A DNA stretch of 63,793 nucleotides, filler included, from Kipferlia bialata (taxonomy: Eukaryota): NCBI GenBank assembly GCA_003568945.1. It is 7 parts of 7 records of this genome, joined end to end, with 100 filler letters (N's around TTAATTAATTAA, not from the genome) between each part and the next. Parts side by side here need not be neighbours in the genome. Positions count along the whole stretch, not along the records: positions 60,346 to 63,793 come from BDIP01001542.1; 6 more parts are not named here. One strand, 5' to 3'. The notes under the pieces are model-generated. The model had not been told where the DNA came from, did not search any database, and saw only the letters and a list, made by a program, of their open reading frames with translations. Within the stretch, counting starts at the first letter, position 1, and each line of letters begins with the position of its first letter. The translations under genes and the position numbers were made by a program. Positions 63,282 to 63,793 of this stretch are shown one piece after another.

Positions 63282-63793
63282 TTGAATCCCACGAGTTGAT
63301 TTGCCGTTCGTTTTGAGCGTTTAACTTCATGTATCGCTAGTTATGAGAGATGATTCCTTCCCTTATAGCCTTGTTGCCTGTGGATACTGACTGAGTATCC
63401 AATAGAACCTTGATGAGCGATGCTCAGGCCTTGATGAAACAGGTATATTAAAGATATGTATATAATATATTTGGAGTGATACTGTCATTCGGTGTCAACT
63501 TCAACCATCCACTTGGTACCAGTGAATACATATCCCTACATGGCCCAGTAAGAGTTGTAACCAGTGTGTGCACGTATGATACCTCATATATTCCCCCTCA
63601 TATCCGTTAGAGCACTCATTTTGAACGCAGTACTCTCTCCTGATGTTGTCTCCTCCAGATCTCACTCACCCTCCTTCATCACCAGCATTGCCTCTCACTC
63701 ATACCCTGTCCCTTCATATATCTATTTCTCTGTCTATGTCTGATACTGGAATGCCCCCCCCCCCCCCCCCCCCCCCCCCCACCCCCTCCCCCC

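Overview
Eukaryotic, intron-rich protist DNA read in the standard genetic code. The window is not one locus: it is seven size-sorted scaffolds (six of ~9.95 kb, the last partial) joined by 100-nt N/TTAATTAATTAA spacers, so adjacency across spacers means nothing. Short GT-AG introns ending in a fused branch-point/acceptor (CT[C/G/A]ACCCCAG-like), (TA)n/(GA)n-rich introns and the gene content suggest a free-living fornicate such as Kipferlia bialata; this is an inference, not verified. Genes spliced by eye: proteasome beta5, RPB2 (3' half), MAT1-like, CEP164-like, tRNA-Thr(CGT), an At4g00755-like F-box protein, a DUF1624/HGSNAT-like membrane acyltransferase, kelch and FG-GAP propellers, and several hypothetical proteins. 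Most notable: (1) many long introns contain diverged copies of their own exon-intron junctions, with donor copies 5' of acceptor copies, giving a nested arrangement; (2) an NLR-like coiled-coil/NACHT/ARM protein ending in a CaaX box, and a separate LRR protein with about one repeat per exon, also ending in CaaX; (3) a PHD finger fused through a long disordered linker to a catalytically degenerate Tpt1/KptA-like domain. All family assignments come from motif recognition, not database searches.
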